Shown here: positions 18,870 through 29,278 of the stretch, in pieces
Layout: each line of letters starts with the position of its first letter
Numbering within the stretch: the first letter of the stretch is position 1
Assembly (NCBI GenBank): GCA_018901655.1
Contig: JAHIEG010000004.1
Span: forward strand, 4,267-68,266
DNA length: 64,000 bases
Source of the DNA: Nanobdellota archaeon
GTDB lineage: Archaea; Aenigmatarchaeota; Aenigmatarchaeia; Aenigmatarchaeales; Aenigmatarchaeaceae
Reading direction: 5' to 3'
Program-made: the position numbers and the translations under genes
The notes under the pieces: model-generated
Databases searched by the model: none
Told to the model about the DNA's origin: nothing
What the model saw: only the letters and a program-made list of their open reading frames with translations

Positions 18870-19235
18870 ATGGAAGGTCTCGGTAAAAATGCAAGAGGTA
18901 GTTTAAGAGCTGCAGAAGTATTGGTAGAATATGCTAAAAATTTGAGTGAAAATGATCTTTTCGATTATAACGATCGTGATTATAGTACTAGATTAAACAA
19001 TGCTAAAAAATATCTTAATAAAGATGATATAGAAAGTCTACACCTATCATTAGCCGTGTCTAATGAGATAATAGATGAAATTAATATTCTTAAAGAAATG
19101 GATTCGCTTTTAGAAGAAGCAAACAACATAGAAGACAAAATAGAAAGGCTCAAACAAATAGGGGTAAGCCCAACCATATATTCGAAATATACTGATAAAA
19201 TTTTAGAAAAACTTGGAAAGAAGCTAAAAGAATAA
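18870..19235 (+). CDS. hypothetical protein
   Basis: 121-aa ORF with the conserved promoter. Confidence 0.45.
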   Translation: MEGLGKNARGSLRAAEVLVEYAKNLSENDLFDYNDRDYSTRLNNAKKYLNKDDIESLHLSLAVSNEIIDEINILKEMDSLLEEANNIEDKIERLKQIGVSPTIYSKYTDKILEKLGKKLKE

Positions 19236-19257
19236 TTTTATTTACCTTTAATTCTAT

Positions 19258-21684
19258 ATGATTCATATGGATAAAAAAGATTTAATGAAACAATTGCAAG
19301 CAGATTGGGAGAAGTATTGGAAAATAGACTTCCTTATCGAAAAAGGTTTTAAACGATATCAATGTAAAAAATGTAATAAATTCTTTTGGTCAATCAAAAA
19401 AGACGATACTTGTAATGATAACACGTGCAAAGAAAAAGAGTTTCTTAAAAGAAAAATGATGAATAAAAGTTATGATTATTTTGAAGCTTGGGATGCGATT
19501 AAAAAATTCTTTGAATCTAAAGGACATCATGTTTTAGAAAGATATCCAACTGTTTGTAGATGGTTCCCACTATATTTTACAATAGCTGGAATAGTTGACT
19601 TTTACAGAATGGACAAAGACAAGTTTGTATTTGAATTTCCAAAGAGCCCAGTTATACTTTTACAACCATCAATGAGATTTAATGATATAGATGAAGTAGG
19701 ACGAAGTGGAGCACACTGGACATGTCATGGACATATTGAACAAGCAGGAACTTCTTATTGGAAGGAAGAGGCAATTAAATTAGATTTTGAATTATTAACA
19801 AATGTGTTTGGAATACCAGTAGAAGAACTAAACTTTATAGAAGATGCTTGGATGGGGCCTGGCGCTTTTGGCTATTCTTTAGAATATTTTGTTCCTGGAA
19901 TTGAACTTGGTAATTGTGTATTTACTGAGTTTAAAGGAACTCCTGATAAATATGAAAGATTAGAAAAACCTGTTATAGATATGGGTGCTGGAATTGAACG
20001 TTTCTGTTGGGTTTCTCAACAAACTCCTACTTCTTATGAAGCTGTAATGGGACCTGTTATAGAAAATATGAAAAACGGAGTTAAACTTAATGACGATTCT
20101 GTTAGAGCAATTTATTCAATAGCCGATCATGCTAGAACTATTTGTTTTGCAATTACAGATGGTGCAGTTCCTTCAAATGTTGGTGGTGGATATAATCTTA
20201 GGATTCTATTAAGACGAGCTTTTGGATTTATTGAAAAGTTTAACTTTGAATTTGATTTTAAGTGGGCTTGTAGAGAAACTGCAAATTTCTTTAGTCCAAT
20301 TAATCCTGAACTAAAAAAGAATATTAAAAATATTGAACGAGTAATTGATATTGAACATACTAAATACAAAGATAGTAAAAGTAGAATGAAATCTATTTTA
20401 GGAAACATAAAAAGTGTATCTGAAGATAAAATGATTGAACTTTATGATTCACATGGAATTACTCCTGAAATGATTAAAGAAATTATTCCTAATTTAAAGG
20501 TCCCAGAAGATTTCTATATGAAAATAACTGAAAAACACGAAATGGCAAAACCAGAAGTAATTGAAAAGCCAAAATACGATTTACCAAAAACAGATACTAC
20601 TATGGTTTACAAAAAGATTTACGAATTTGATGCTAAGGTTTTGAAAGTTGATGAAGAAAAAGTTGTTCTTGATAAAACTGCATTCTACCCAACGGGCGGT
20701 GGACAAGAGTTTGACAAGGGAACAATTAGTGGTCATAAAGTTTACAATGTAATCAATTCAAACGGCGTTGCAGTTCATTATGTTGAAAAACCTAAGTTCA
20801 AAAAAGGCGACACTGTTGAATGTAAAGTAGATGAAAATGCAAGGGCACAAATTATAAAACATCATTCTGCTACACATTTAATTAATTTAAGTTGTCAGAA
20901 AGTTTTAGGTCCTCACATTTGGCAAGAAGGATCAAAGAAAGATTTAGATAAGGCACACCTAGACATTTCACATTATGATACTATAAGTGAAAAAGAAATG
21001 AAAGCTATTGAAAAAACTGCAAATGATTTCATAAAGCAAAAAATAGAAATCAGAAAAGAAGTTATGTCAAGAATGGAAGCTGAACAAAAATATGGATTTA
21101 GAATTTATCAAGGAGCACCAGTTCCTTTACCAGAATTAACAATAATTTCTATTGATGATTTAGAGCATGAAGCATGTGGTGGTTTACATTTAGACAATAC
21201 TTCTGAAATTGAAGAAGTTCATATCTTCAGGGTTGGAAAAGTACAAGATGGATTTTATAGAATAGAATTTGTTGCTGGAACTAAATTAATTAAAGAAACA
21301 AAAGAGAAGTGGAAAAAATTAAGACAAAAGGAAGAAGATGAATTAAAAAAGAAAAAAGAAAGAATTGAAAACAAGAAAAAGAAATTAAAAACAATTAAAG
21401 CAAAAATACTTTATGGAATTTATTATGTTAACACTGATGATATTAAGGAATTAGAAGTTCATGGACAAGCATCTATTAAACAAGATGAAAGTAAATGGAC
21501 TATACTTGTAGGTAATGGTTGTGTATATGGAATTAAAGGTAAAGATTCAGATTATGATATTGAAAGTATTGTAAAAACAATTGGTGAAAAACTAGGTGGT
21601 CGTGCTGGTGGACAAGGAAATGAATTTAGAGGCGGTGGACCATTAAAAGATAAAGGAAAAGAAATTGTTGAGGAGATGAAATGA
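19258..21684 (+). CDS. alaS: alanyl-tRNA synthetase (archaeal type)
   Basis: N-terminal Cys cluster …RYQCKKCNKFFWS…, editing-domain HxxxH/CGG (…HSATHL…, …EACGGLH…), C-terminal DHHA1-like GGRAGGQG. Confidence 0.95.
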   Translation: MIHMDKKDLMKQLQADWEKYWKIDFLIEKGFKRYQCKKCNKFFWSIKKDDTCNDNTCKEKEFLKRKMMNKSYDYFEAWDAIKKFFESKGHHVLERYPTVCRWFPLYFTIAGIVDFYRMDKDKFVFEFPKSPVILLQPSMRFNDIDEVGRSGAHWTCHGHIEQAGTSYWKEEAIKLDFELLTNVFGIPVEELNFIEDAWMGPGAFGYSLEYFVPGIELGNCVFTEFKGTPDKYERLEKPVIDMGAGIERFCWVSQQTPTSYEAVMGPVIENMKNGVKLNDDSVRAIYSIADHARTICFAITDGAVPSNVGGGYNLRILLRRAFGFIEKFNFEFDFKWACRETANFFSPINPELKKNIKNIERVIDIEHTKYKDSKSRMKSILGNIKSVSEDKMIELYDSHGITPEMIKEIIPNLKVPEDFYMKITEKHEMAKPEVIEKPKYDLPKTDTTMVYKKIYEFDAKVLKVDEEKVVLDKTAFYPTGGGQEFDKGTISGHKVYNVINSNGVAVHYVEKPKFKKGDTVECKVDENARAQIIKHHSATHLINLSCQKVLGPHIWQEGSKKDLDKAHLDISHYDTISEKEMKAIEKTANDFIKQKIEIRKEVMSRMEAEQKYGFRIYQGAPVPLPELTIISIDDLEHEACGGLHLDNTSEIEEVHIFRVGKVQDGFYRIEFVAGTKLIKETKEKWKKLRQKEEDELKKKKERIENKKKKLKTIKAKILYGIYYVNTDDIKELEVHGQASIKQDESKWTILVGNGCVYGIKGKDSDYDIESIVKTIGEKLGGRAGGQGNEFRGGGPLKDKGKEIVEEMK

Positions 21685-22493
21685 GAATAGAAAAAGTTTA
21701 TAATAGGGGAATTAAAAAAATTAATGAGGATGAATATCTTATTAAGAATAATCTTTTTGCTGTTTTCGATGGTGCTTCTAGTTTAGTTAAGTTTGAAGAT
21801 AAACACGGAAAAACTGGTGGTAAAATAGCCTCAAATACTGCCAAAAAAATCTTTATTAAAAATAACTTACCATTAAAACAACTTGCTATTGAAGCTAACA
21901 ATAATATTATGGGGAAAATGATTAAATATAAAATTGATATATCTGATACACGAAATTATTGGACAACATGTCTTGCAGGGATTAGAATTAAAAAAGATAA
22001 GATAGAATGTGTTCAAATTGGTGATTCTGCCATTTTAATAATTTATAAAAATGGAAAATACAAACTACCTCTTGGTTATCATGATCATGATAGAGAAACT
22101 ATGATAAAATGGAAGGAACTAGCTGACAATAAATGTAAAAATATCTTTAAGAAATTAAAGAGTCAGATAGATAAGGTAAGACGGCAAACAAATATTACAT
22201 ATGGTGCACTGAATGGCGATAAAAGAGCAATTAAATTTATTAAAACTAAAACCATTTCAAATAAGAATATTAAATCAATAGTTTTATTCACAGATGGTCT
22301 ATTGGTTCCAAACGAAAACCCAAAAAACATTGGAAAGTTTGATAAATTTATTGAAATTATAAATAAAGAAGGAATTAAAAGTCTGCTCAAATATGTTCGT
22401 AAAATAGAAAAGGATGATCCTAACTGTTGGAAATACCCAAGATTTAAACAACATGATGATGCAACGGCTATAATGATTTCTTTTGGTGATTAA
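21681..22493 (+). CDS. PP2C-like Ser/Thr protein phosphatase domain protein
   Basis: …FAVFDGASS…, …IGDSAILII…, …FTDGLL… are spaced like PP2C metal-binding motifs. Confidence 0.5.
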   Translation: MRIEKVYNRGIKKINEDEYLIKNNLFAVFDGASSLVKFEDKHGKTGGKIASNTAKKIFIKNNLPLKQLAIEANNNIMGKMIKYKIDISDTRNYWTTCLAGIRIKKDKIECVQIGDSAILIIYKNGKYKLPLGYHDHDRETMIKWKELADNKCKNIFKKLKSQIDKVRRQTNITYGALNGDKRAIKFIKTKTISNKNIKSIVLFTDGLLVPNENPKNIGKFDKFIEIINKEGIKSLLKYVRKIEKDDPNCWKYPRFKQHDDATAIMISFGD

Positions 22494-22494
22494 A

Positions 22495-23124
22495 ATGAAA
22501 ATAATAGTTTTTGGTGACAGTGTAGCTTATGGAGCATGGGATTTAGAAGGTGGGTGGGTACAAAGATTAAGAAAATTTTTAGACAAAAAGGTTTTAGATT
22601 CAAATTATGATTTTTTTTGCTTATTATACAATTGTGGAATATCTGGTGATACTACCGAAGATCTATTAAGAAGATTTGAATTTGAAACAAATATAAGAGG
22701 CGCTGGTCTTATAGTCTTTGAAATTGGTATAAACGATTCTGTTCACCTATTAAAAGAAAATAAAAATTGGGTCGACATTAAAATTTTTGAAAATAATCTA
22801 AAAAAGTTAATTAAAATATCTCAAAATTTTACAAGTAAAATTATATTTGTTTCTTTGACACCAGTAGACGAGTCAAAAGTAACACCAATACCTTGGGACA
22901 AAGATAAATATTATACAAATGAAAACATAAAGAAATATAATGATATAATAAAAAACACGTGTAAAGAAAATAACATATATTTTATCGAAACATTTGATAG
23001 CTTTATGAAAAATGATTACAAAAAGCTATTAGAAGACGGATTACATCCAAATACAAAAGGTCACGAAATGATATTTAACACTGTCAAAGATTTTTTAATA
23101 AAAAATAAAATAATTAGTGGGTAG
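22495..23124 (+). CDS. SGNH/GDSL hydrolase
   Basis: N-terminal …IIVFGDSVAYG… (GDS block) and C-terminal …DGLHPN… (DxxH block). Confidence 0.75.
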   Translation: MKIIVFGDSVAYGAWDLEGGWVQRLRKFLDKKVLDSNYDFFCLLYNCGISGDTTEDLLRRFEFETNIRGAGLIVFEIGINDSVHLLKENKNWVDIKIFENNLKKLIKISQNFTSKIIFVSLTPVDESKVTPIPWDKDKYYTNENIKKYNDIIKNTCKENNIYFIETFDSFMKNDYKKLLEDGLHPNTKGHEMIFNTVKDFLIKNKIISG

Positions 23125-23282
23125 TATGACTAAGGGAAAACAAAGTAGAAAAGATTAAAAGCGCATGCAAAATCTTCTATTCCTAAATCTAAATGATATA
23201 AAATCCAGACTGGATAAGAGCTATAGCATCAGTAGTTGCAATTATTTTAACAATACTTGGTTTCTTATATTTTAGATAATAC

Positions 23283-23621
23283 TCATTTTTTGATTGTCAT
23301 TATTAGATATGGTCTTGATCTACTAATAATTCCTGGCGAATGTCCATCATCACCACCAAATTCTCTTTCAGTTCTACCTTCTTTAGTTTCAAATTCTAAT
23401 TCATTTGCCTTTAATTTTTTATTAATTTCCTGTAGTTTTTTTATATATGCTGGAAGTATTTTACTAAAATTTTCAAGTGTCTTATTAATAGATTCCTCCT
23501 TCCCCATAGATGATGAGATAGTATATGATAAGTCTAAAGAATGTCCCATATGACTAATGTCATCAAAAACAGATGATTTTGAATCACTGTCACTGTATTT
23601 TATTTTAACTGTTCCTACCAT
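23283..23621 (-). CDS. hypothetical protein
   Basis: ORF with TATA (rc of 23642..23650) 23 nt upstream. Confidence 0.4.
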   Translation of the reverse strand: MVGTVKIKYSDSDSKSSVFDDISHMGHSLDLSYTISSSMGKEESINKTLENFSKILPAYIKKLQEINKKLKANELEFETKEGRTEREFGGDDGHSPGIISRSRPYLIMTIKK

Positions 23622-23645
23622 AATAATTATTGTACAGAAAAGGAT

Positions 23646-24104
23646 TTAAATGGATAAACACTCTTCAATTTCTTCAAAATAAAGTCCACATATTTCGTCT
23701 AAAAGCTCTGAACCATCTTGTTCTCCGTTTAGATAAACTTCTTGTCTTCCTCTAATAAGTATCATTGGCATTTCCTTTGTAAAAAACTTATCTTCAACTA
23801 AAGAATATTCATTTGGATATTGAGGAATGTAAATTCTTTCAAGCATCATTTTTTGATTAAGTGTATTAATCATATTATTTAAAATATCAATTGTATCACT
23901 CTGATCATCATAATAAACTCGGACAACAACCATGTTTTGTTTAAAAAAATACGCTTCATCTGATTCTGCTAACGGTTCATCAAATATTAGTTTTTGTGAA
24001 ACCTCTGGTGGAACAGCAGATGATAATGCAATTGCCAGCGTGCTTCCTCCAAACATTAACAAAATAAAAAGTGCAATCAACTGTTTTTTCTTTTCTTTTT
24101 TCAT
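23646..24104 (-). CDS. secreted/membrane-anchored hypothetical protein
   Basis: N-terminal signal/anchor MKKEKKKQLIALFILLMFGGSTLAIALS. Confidence 0.45.
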   Translation of the reverse strand: MKKEKKKQLIALFILLMFGGSTLAIALSSAVPPEVSQKLIFDEPLAESDEAYFFKQNMVVVRVYYDDQSDTIDILNNMINTLNQKMMLERIYIPQYPNEYSLVEDKFFTKEMPMILIRGRQEVYLNGEQDGSELLDEICGLYFEEIEECLSI

Positions 24105-24105
24105 A

Positions 24106-24429
24106 TTATCCCTTTGTAAACAAATTACAATGACAATGACCTTGATCGTTTATCTCATCCATAGACCAAATACATGGACATACTTTTGGATCGTCTTCTT
24201 CATCATTACCAGCTACTATTCTACAAGGACAATAAAACTTTCCATTAGTTTCCTTTTTTCTTATAAGCCCTTCAATAATAATATCAGCGCGTTCAGTGTT
24301 TAGTGTTATTTTTTGAAATTTTGCATATTCAACATAAATGTTAAACATTCTCTTTTTTAGTTCGTCTTTTTCAAGCCCTTCACTAAATGCCTGTTCAATC
24401 TGTTCTTGTACTTCGAATCTATCCATCAT
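24106..24429 (-). CDS. ferredoxin:thioredoxin reductase catalytic-subunit-like protein (ferredoxin:disulfide reductase family)
   Basis: CPC…CPC…HC-C pattern (…CPCRIV…, …CPCIW…, …HCHC…) is diagnostic of the FTR-C [4Fe-4S]/disulfide centre. Confidence 0.65.
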   Translation of the reverse strand: MMDRFEVQEQIEQAFSEGLEKDELKKRMFNIYVEYAKFQKITLNTERADIIIEGLIRKKETNGKFYCPCRIVAGNDEEDDPKVCPCIWSMDEINDQGHCHCNLFTKG

Positions 24430-24483
24430 ATCGCCTCTAAGTATAAACTATATAACCCTTGTACTTTAAACTATTAAATAGTT

Positions 24484-24774
24484 ATGGTAGGTGATAAAAT
24501 GAAGAAAGAATTTAGTATAGAAGAGGCAAAGGAAATTGGTGAAAAGCTTGGAGTAAAATGGGATACGTTTGACGTTGATCAATTTAGACGAGGTATGAAT
24601 GTCGAACTAGAACATGGAACAGTTGATACAAATACAAATGTAACAAATGACGATGCTTTAATGACGGGAAAAATAACTCTAGCACATCTTAATGAAATAA
24701 GAGACTATTATGATCGTTTAGAAGAAATGGAAAAAACTGCTGAAGCTTTTTGGGAAAGCAAATCTACTGAATAA
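24484..24774 (+). CDS. hypothetical protein
   Basis: ORF only. Confidence 0.4.
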   Translation: MVGDKMKKEFSIEEAKEIGEKLGVKWDTFDVDQFRRGMNVELEHGTVDTNTNVTNDDALMTGKITLAHLNEIRDYYDRLEEMEKTAEAFWESKSTE

Positions 24775-25627
24775 TTTTTTCAGCCTCAGTTTGTAATTGT
24801 TTTATTATTCTAATAGATATTCCTGTCTTTTGACTTAATATGGTTGGATCAATTTTCACCATTTCGTTTATCAAAACGATTCCTACTGTTGCCAATTTAC
24901 CCTGCGTGTTTGTATCTAATGTATGTAAAGCTGTTATTGGATATAAATTATTTTGAACCATTAATTCTCTTAAAGAGTTTCCTCTAGGATAATTCCAACT
25001 TAATAATCTAATACCTTTTGCTTCTGCATATTTAATTACGTCTTTTGAAAACATTGTATTAGTTGCCAACCAAGATTGATCAAACTTTGGACCAAGACCT
25101 TTCTTTGAAGCATCCTGAATATCTAAAAATCTTGCATAAGTATAAAGAACATCTTTTACCCCTGTATAAATTCCAGGTGAAGCGTGATATTTACATTCAA
25201 TTACATAATTTTTCATATCTGGTGTATCTATTCCTTTTGGAACTTTAATTGATTTAGAAGCAATAACATCAATCTCATGTGTTATTCCAGATCCGCCTTT
25301 TAGTATAGAATTTATTTTTGTTTTATATCCATGAGACTTCAAAACACTTGCAACAAGTTGCTCAAATGAAAACCCACTTGGACCCAATCTTAATAGAGAA
25401 CCCTTAAGATCATAACGCATTGCAACCGTTGGCATATCTCTTCTCAATAAGTGTAATGTAATATTAAGAACTTCCTGAGTTGACATCCCACCTGTTACTT
25501 TCTGCTCAACTTTTTTAGCAATCTGATCAGCTAATTGTTTAGACGCCCCTGCTCTACGACAAGTTCGTCTTATCTTATTTATATTAAACTTAACTATTTT
25601 TCCAGTTGACTTAGTTATCCAAACCAT
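24764..25627 (-). CDS. ATP-cone domain + Mrr-like restriction-endonuclease-fold (PD-(D/E)xK) domain protein
   Basis: N-terminal …KIVKFNINKIRRTCRRAG… ATP-cone. C-terminal …HEIDVIAS…VIECKYH… D/ExK motif. Confidence 0.6.
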   Translation of the reverse strand: MVWITKSTGKIVKFNINKIRRTCRRAGASKQLADQIAKKVEQKVTGGMSTQEVLNITLHLLRRDMPTVAMRYDLKGSLLRLGPSGFSFEQLVASVLKSHGYKTKINSILKGGSGITHEIDVIASKSIKVPKGIDTPDMKNYVIECKYHASPGIYTGVKDVLYTYARFLDIQDASKKGLGPKFDQSWLATNTMFSKDVIKYAEAKGIRLLSWNYPRGNSLRELMVQNNLYPITALHTLDTNTQGKLATVGIVLINEMVKIDPTILSQKTGISIRIIKQLQTEAEKIIQ

Positions 25628-25645
25628 AAAAACTATTTATGCTTT

Positions 25646-26089
25646 ATGGTATATAATAGTTATATGGGAATAACGGTTGATATACAGATTGCAAGAAATC
25701 TTTATAGAATGAGAAAAGATTCTGGCGAAGATACTGCCAAAAGATATTTAGAAGATGGTAAGAAAAATCATCCAGATTTACTAGATTTTGACCAGTATAT
25801 GATATTTCTCGAAAATTATAATGCGTTAGAAAAAATATTTGATTTTAACTATACTCCTAGGAAAACTTTCTTTGGCGACAATAAAAATAAGCTTAAAATA
25901 TTAACAGAAAAATTAGTTGCTAAAAATGTTCAAATATCTGGATTGCCTATGGAACTTATTATATCTTGTGACAAACTGGCATTTGAAAAAGCTTTAGGAA
26001 TTGATCCATTATACACAACCGTTTCAGGAAGAGAAGAAGCTCGAGAACTACAAATACAACAAGCAAAGGATGCTATTGATCATCGTTAA
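25646..26089 (+). CDS. hypothetical protein
   Basis: ORF only. Confidence 0.4.
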   Translation: MVYNSYMGITVDIQIARNLYRMRKDSGEDTAKRYLEDGKKNHPDLLDFDQYMIFLENYNALEKIFDFNYTPRKTFFGDNKNKLKILTEKLVAKNVQISGLPMELIISCDKLAFEKALGIDPLYTTVSGREEARELQIQQAKDAIDHR

Positions 26090-26126
26090 TTTTATATAAG
26101 ATTACATAAAAATATGTAAGGGCGCT

Positions 26127-26969
26127 TTGACAATAAAAATTAAACTATGTGGACTAAATCTTTCTTCAGGTATCATGAATGCTTCCGGACCACTGTGTAC
26201 ATCTCTTAATGAACTAAAAAGACTTGGTAAATCTTCTTCTGGAGCCATCGTTTTAAAATCGGCAACAATTAAACCAAGATTAGGGAACCCTGAACCCAAA
26301 ATATTTGAATTTGAAAAAAGCTTAATACAATCAATGGGATTACCAAATCCTGGATATAAAAAATTCTTAACATACATTAAAGAATTAAAGCAATACAATA
26401 AACCAATAATAGCAAGTGTTGCTGGATTTTCTATTGATGAATATTTAGAAATGTGCATAGCATATGAAAACGCTGGCGTGGATATGATTGAATTAAACCT
26501 TTCTTGCCCAAATGTAAATAAAAAATTATTATGCTATGACCCAGAAACAACCGAATTATTAATAGAAAAATTGAAAGAAAAAATTAATATACCAATTTCA
26601 GTTAAACTTGGTCCATATGTTGATATGTATCTTATGAAAGAAATGAGTAAAGCATTGAAAAAAGCAGACTGTTTAGTTCTAATAAATTCAATACCTGGTG
26701 CAACTAGAATAGATATTGAAAGTGGGAAACCAAAGATTGGAGCTAATTATGGTGGATTAAGTGGTGAATCAATAAAAGCGATTGCTCTTGGAAATGTTAA
26801 AAATTTCTATGAATTAACTAAAAAGGATATAATCGGTGCTGGTGGTATTTTCACCGGTAATGATGTTTTGGAATTTATGAAAGCTGGTGCAAAAGCTGTA
26901 CAGGTTGGAACAGCATATTTATGGGAAGGTCCAAAAATTTTTGATAGATTAAATAAAGAATTATGGTAG
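26127..26969 (+). CDS. pyrD: dihydroorotate dehydrogenase-like flavoenzyme (PyrD class 1 family)
   Basis: …NASGP…, …IASVAGFS…, …LNLSCPNV…, …GGI.TG.D…VQVGTA… TIM-barrel FMN motifs. Confidence 0.8.
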   Translation: MTIKIKLCGLNLSSGIMNASGPLCTSLNELKRLGKSSSGAIVLKSATIKPRLGNPEPKIFEFEKSLIQSMGLPNPGYKKFLTYIKELKQYNKPIIASVAGFSIDEYLEMCIAYENAGVDMIELNLSCPNVNKKLLCYDPETTELLIEKLKEKINIPISVKLGPYVDMYLMKEMSKALKKADCLVLINSIPGATRIDIESGKPKIGANYGGLSGESIKAIALGNVKNFYELTKKDIIGAGGIFTGNDVLEFMKAGAKAVQVGTAYLWEGPKIFDRLNKELW

Positions 26970-27039
26970 CCCCACGAGGATTCGAACCTCGGTCTATTGC
27001 TCCAGAGGCAATCATACTTGGCCACTATACTATGGGGCT
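26964..27039 (-). tRNA. tRNA-Gln (anticodon CUG), CCA encoded; 3' end overlaps the pyrD stop codon on the opposite strand
   Basis: Reverse complement AGCCCCA-TA-GTAT…(D loop with GG)…-ATTGC-CTCTGGA-GCAAT-…-CGAGG-TTCGAAT-CCTCG-TGGGGCT-A-CCA. Confidence 0.8.
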
Positions 27040-27073
27040 ATAAGAAAAACTAATATTTTAACATTTAAGAAGA

Positions 27074-27196
27074 TTACTTATCTTTAAAAAATTTACACTC
27101 AATATTTAAACGAACATCTGGTATTCGAAAACCATAACATTGTCCTTTCTTACCATTCATGTTTTCAATAAGTTTACAGTCTTTACATTTAGGCAT
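27074..27196 (-). CDS. small Zn-ribbon-like protein (40 aa, CxxC…C…C); below ORF-track cutoff
   Basis: MPKCKDCKLIENMNGKKGQCYGFRIPDVRLNIECKFFKDK, read from the sequence. Confidence 0.3.
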   Translation of the reverse strand: MPKCKDCKLIENMNGKKGQCYGFRIPDVRLNIECKFFKDK

Positions 27197-27245
27197 AATT
27201 ATATTTGGGTCGATAAGCATATAAACGTATAATCATTAAAAGATA

Positions 27246-27662
27246 GTGATTAACATGCCAGTATTATCAATACAATTAAAAGAAATAGTAGCAAATAAAA
27301 AGTCAGACGCAGGTGGCAATGTAGAAATTAATAACAAAGTTGGAGAATCTGACGTAAAGGAAAGAAATATGCCTAATCTTGGGCAGAAAGGACTAGCAAT
27401 TGAATTTAGATATCTAACAGAATATAAAAAAGAAGAAGAAATTGTTGCAGAAATAAAAATGACTGGAGAAGTATTGTACATTGGAGAAGACTGTAAATTA
27501 ATTCTAGATACATGGAAAAAAGATGGTGTTTTACCAGAAGATCAACATGTTCAAATAGTTAATACAATCTTTAGAAGATGCGCAATAAAAGCTTTAGTAT
27601 TAGCAGAAGATTTACAACTACCACCACCAATTGGCTTACCATTTGCTAAGAAAAACGAATAA
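27246..27662 (+). CDS. hypothetical protein
   Basis: ORF only. Confidence 0.4.
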   Translation: MINMPVLSIQLKEIVANKKSDAGGNVEINNKVGESDVKERNMPNLGQKGLAIEFRYLTEYKKEEEIVAEIKMTGEVLYIGEDCKLILDTWKKDGVLPEDQHVQIVNTIFRRCAIKALVLAEDLQLPPPIGLPFAKKNE

Positions 27663-27703
27663 GAATAACTAGCTTTTTAAGTTGGGTTGTCATATTCTAA
27701 GTA

Positions 27704-29278
27704 ATGGAAAGGTTAATTTTAATTGGTGGGCAAGCTGGATTCGGCGCTAAAAGAACTTCTGAAATAATTGGAAAAATATTTACACAAATGGGTTATTATG
27801 TTTTCAATTATAGAGACTATCCTTCCCTAATTAGGGGTGGACACAATTTTAATGTTTTAAAAATTTCTAATAAACCTGTTTATTCGCACGATGAAAAATA
27901 TGATGTAATTATTGCATTTGATCAGAATACGATCAATAAACATAAAAAAAATCTTGAAACAAATGGTTACATTATTGGCGACAAAACTTTAAAATCAAAT
28001 AAAATACTTCATGTTGATACTCAAAAAATAATTAAAGACTACCACAAAGCAGTTTATGCTAACAACGTCTTAATTGGTGCATTAATGAAATCATTTGGTC
28101 TTAGTCTTAAAGAAACATATTCGTTTTTTGATAAAACTTTTAAAAATTCTAAAGAATTAAAAGAAATAATTAAATTTGGTTACGATAATACAAAAATTAA
28201 AAACAAAATATTCGCTGGTAGTAAAAATAAAAAATATTTCTTAACCGGAAACGATGCAATCTCTACTGGAGCAATAGCAACAGGACTAGATATTTACATG
28301 GCATATCCAATGACTCCGGCAACTGCTGTTTTACACAATCTTGCTGAAAAACAAAAACAACACAATATACTTTCAATTCAGATAGAAGATGAAATAGCTG
28401 TAGCTAATGCTGCAATTGGTGCAAGTTATACTGGAGCAAATGTTATGATTGGAACTTCTGGTGGTGGATTTGCTCTAATGGCAGAAACCATGAGTTTACA
28501 AGGAATAACAGAACTTCCTTTAACAATTTATTTATCACAAAGAACAGGGCCCGGAGAAGGTTTACCAACTTACACGGAACAATCTGATTTAAAATTTGCA
28601 TTAAATGCTGGAAATGGAGAATTCCCAAGAATAATTATAGCACCAGGAGATGCAAATGAATGCTCTTATAGAACAGCAGAAGCAATTTATCTTTCAAACA
28701 AATTTAAAATCTTATCAATATTACTTGGAGATAAACATATTTCCGAAAGCAATTATACTCATGATAAAATTTCAAATATAATTAAAACAATCGAGCGCAG
28801 GAAAAATATTCCAGGACTTGGTAAAAGTGTATTAACAAATAGTTATGAACATGATAAGTTTGGACACACAATTGAAGATGCAAAAATTACTAAATTAATG
28901 AAAGAAGAAAGAATGAAAAAACTTAAACTCGCAGAAAAAGAAATCAGCAAACTAAACCCTGTTTCAGTTTATGGAAAAGGAAATAAAACAATCGTTGGGT
29001 GGGGATCAACTAAAGGTGCAATGGTAGATGCAATAAAGGAAATGAAAGGTTATAAATTTTTACAAATATCTTATATCTCTCCATTCCCGATAAAAAAGGT
29101 TGAAAGTGTTTTAAAAAAATCTAAGAAAATAATTCTTATAGAAAACAATCAAACTGGTCAGTTAGGTGATATAATTAGAGAACAAACCGGTATTGAAATT
29201 AAAAACAAATTATTAAAATATGATGGTAGACCATTCACAAAAAATGAAATAATTAAAGGTGTTAAAAAATGGAAATAA
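27704..29278 (+). CDS. korA: 2-oxoacid:ferredoxin oxidoreductase, alpha subunit (two-subunit OFOR)
   Basis: Domain I/II/III of the alpha/gamma-fused OFOR subunit. Immediately followed by the TPP-binding beta subunit. Confidence 0.85.
   Translation: MERLILIGGQAGFGAKRTSEIIGKIFTQMGYYVFNYRDYPSLIRGGHNFNVLKISNKPVYSHDEKYDVIIAFDQNTINKHKKNLETNGYIIGDKTLKSNKILHVDTQKIIKDYHKAVYANNVLIGALMKSFGLSLKETYSFFDKTFKNSKELKEIIKFGYDNTKIKNKIFAGSKNKKYFLTGNDAISTGAIATGLDIYMAYPMTPATAVLHNLAEKQKQHNILSIQIEDEIAVANAAIGASYTGANVMIGTSGGGFALMAETMSLQGITELPLTIYLSQRTGPGEGLPTYTEQSDLKFALNAGNGEFPRIIIAPGDANECSYRTAEAIYLSNKFKILSILLGDKHISESNYTHDKISNIIKTIERRKNIPGLGKSVLTNSYEHDKFGHTIEDAKITKLMKEERMKKLKLAEKEISKLNPVSVYGKGNKTIVGWGSTKGAMVDAIKEMKGYKFLQISYISPFPIKKVESVLKKSKKIILIENNQTGQLGDIIREQTGIEIKNKLLKYDGRPFTKNEIIKGVKKWK

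Noticed and set aside
26102-26458. 118-aa ORF antisense to the 5' end of pyrD
   Set aside because: Overlaps the well-supported PyrD-like gene. No motif.
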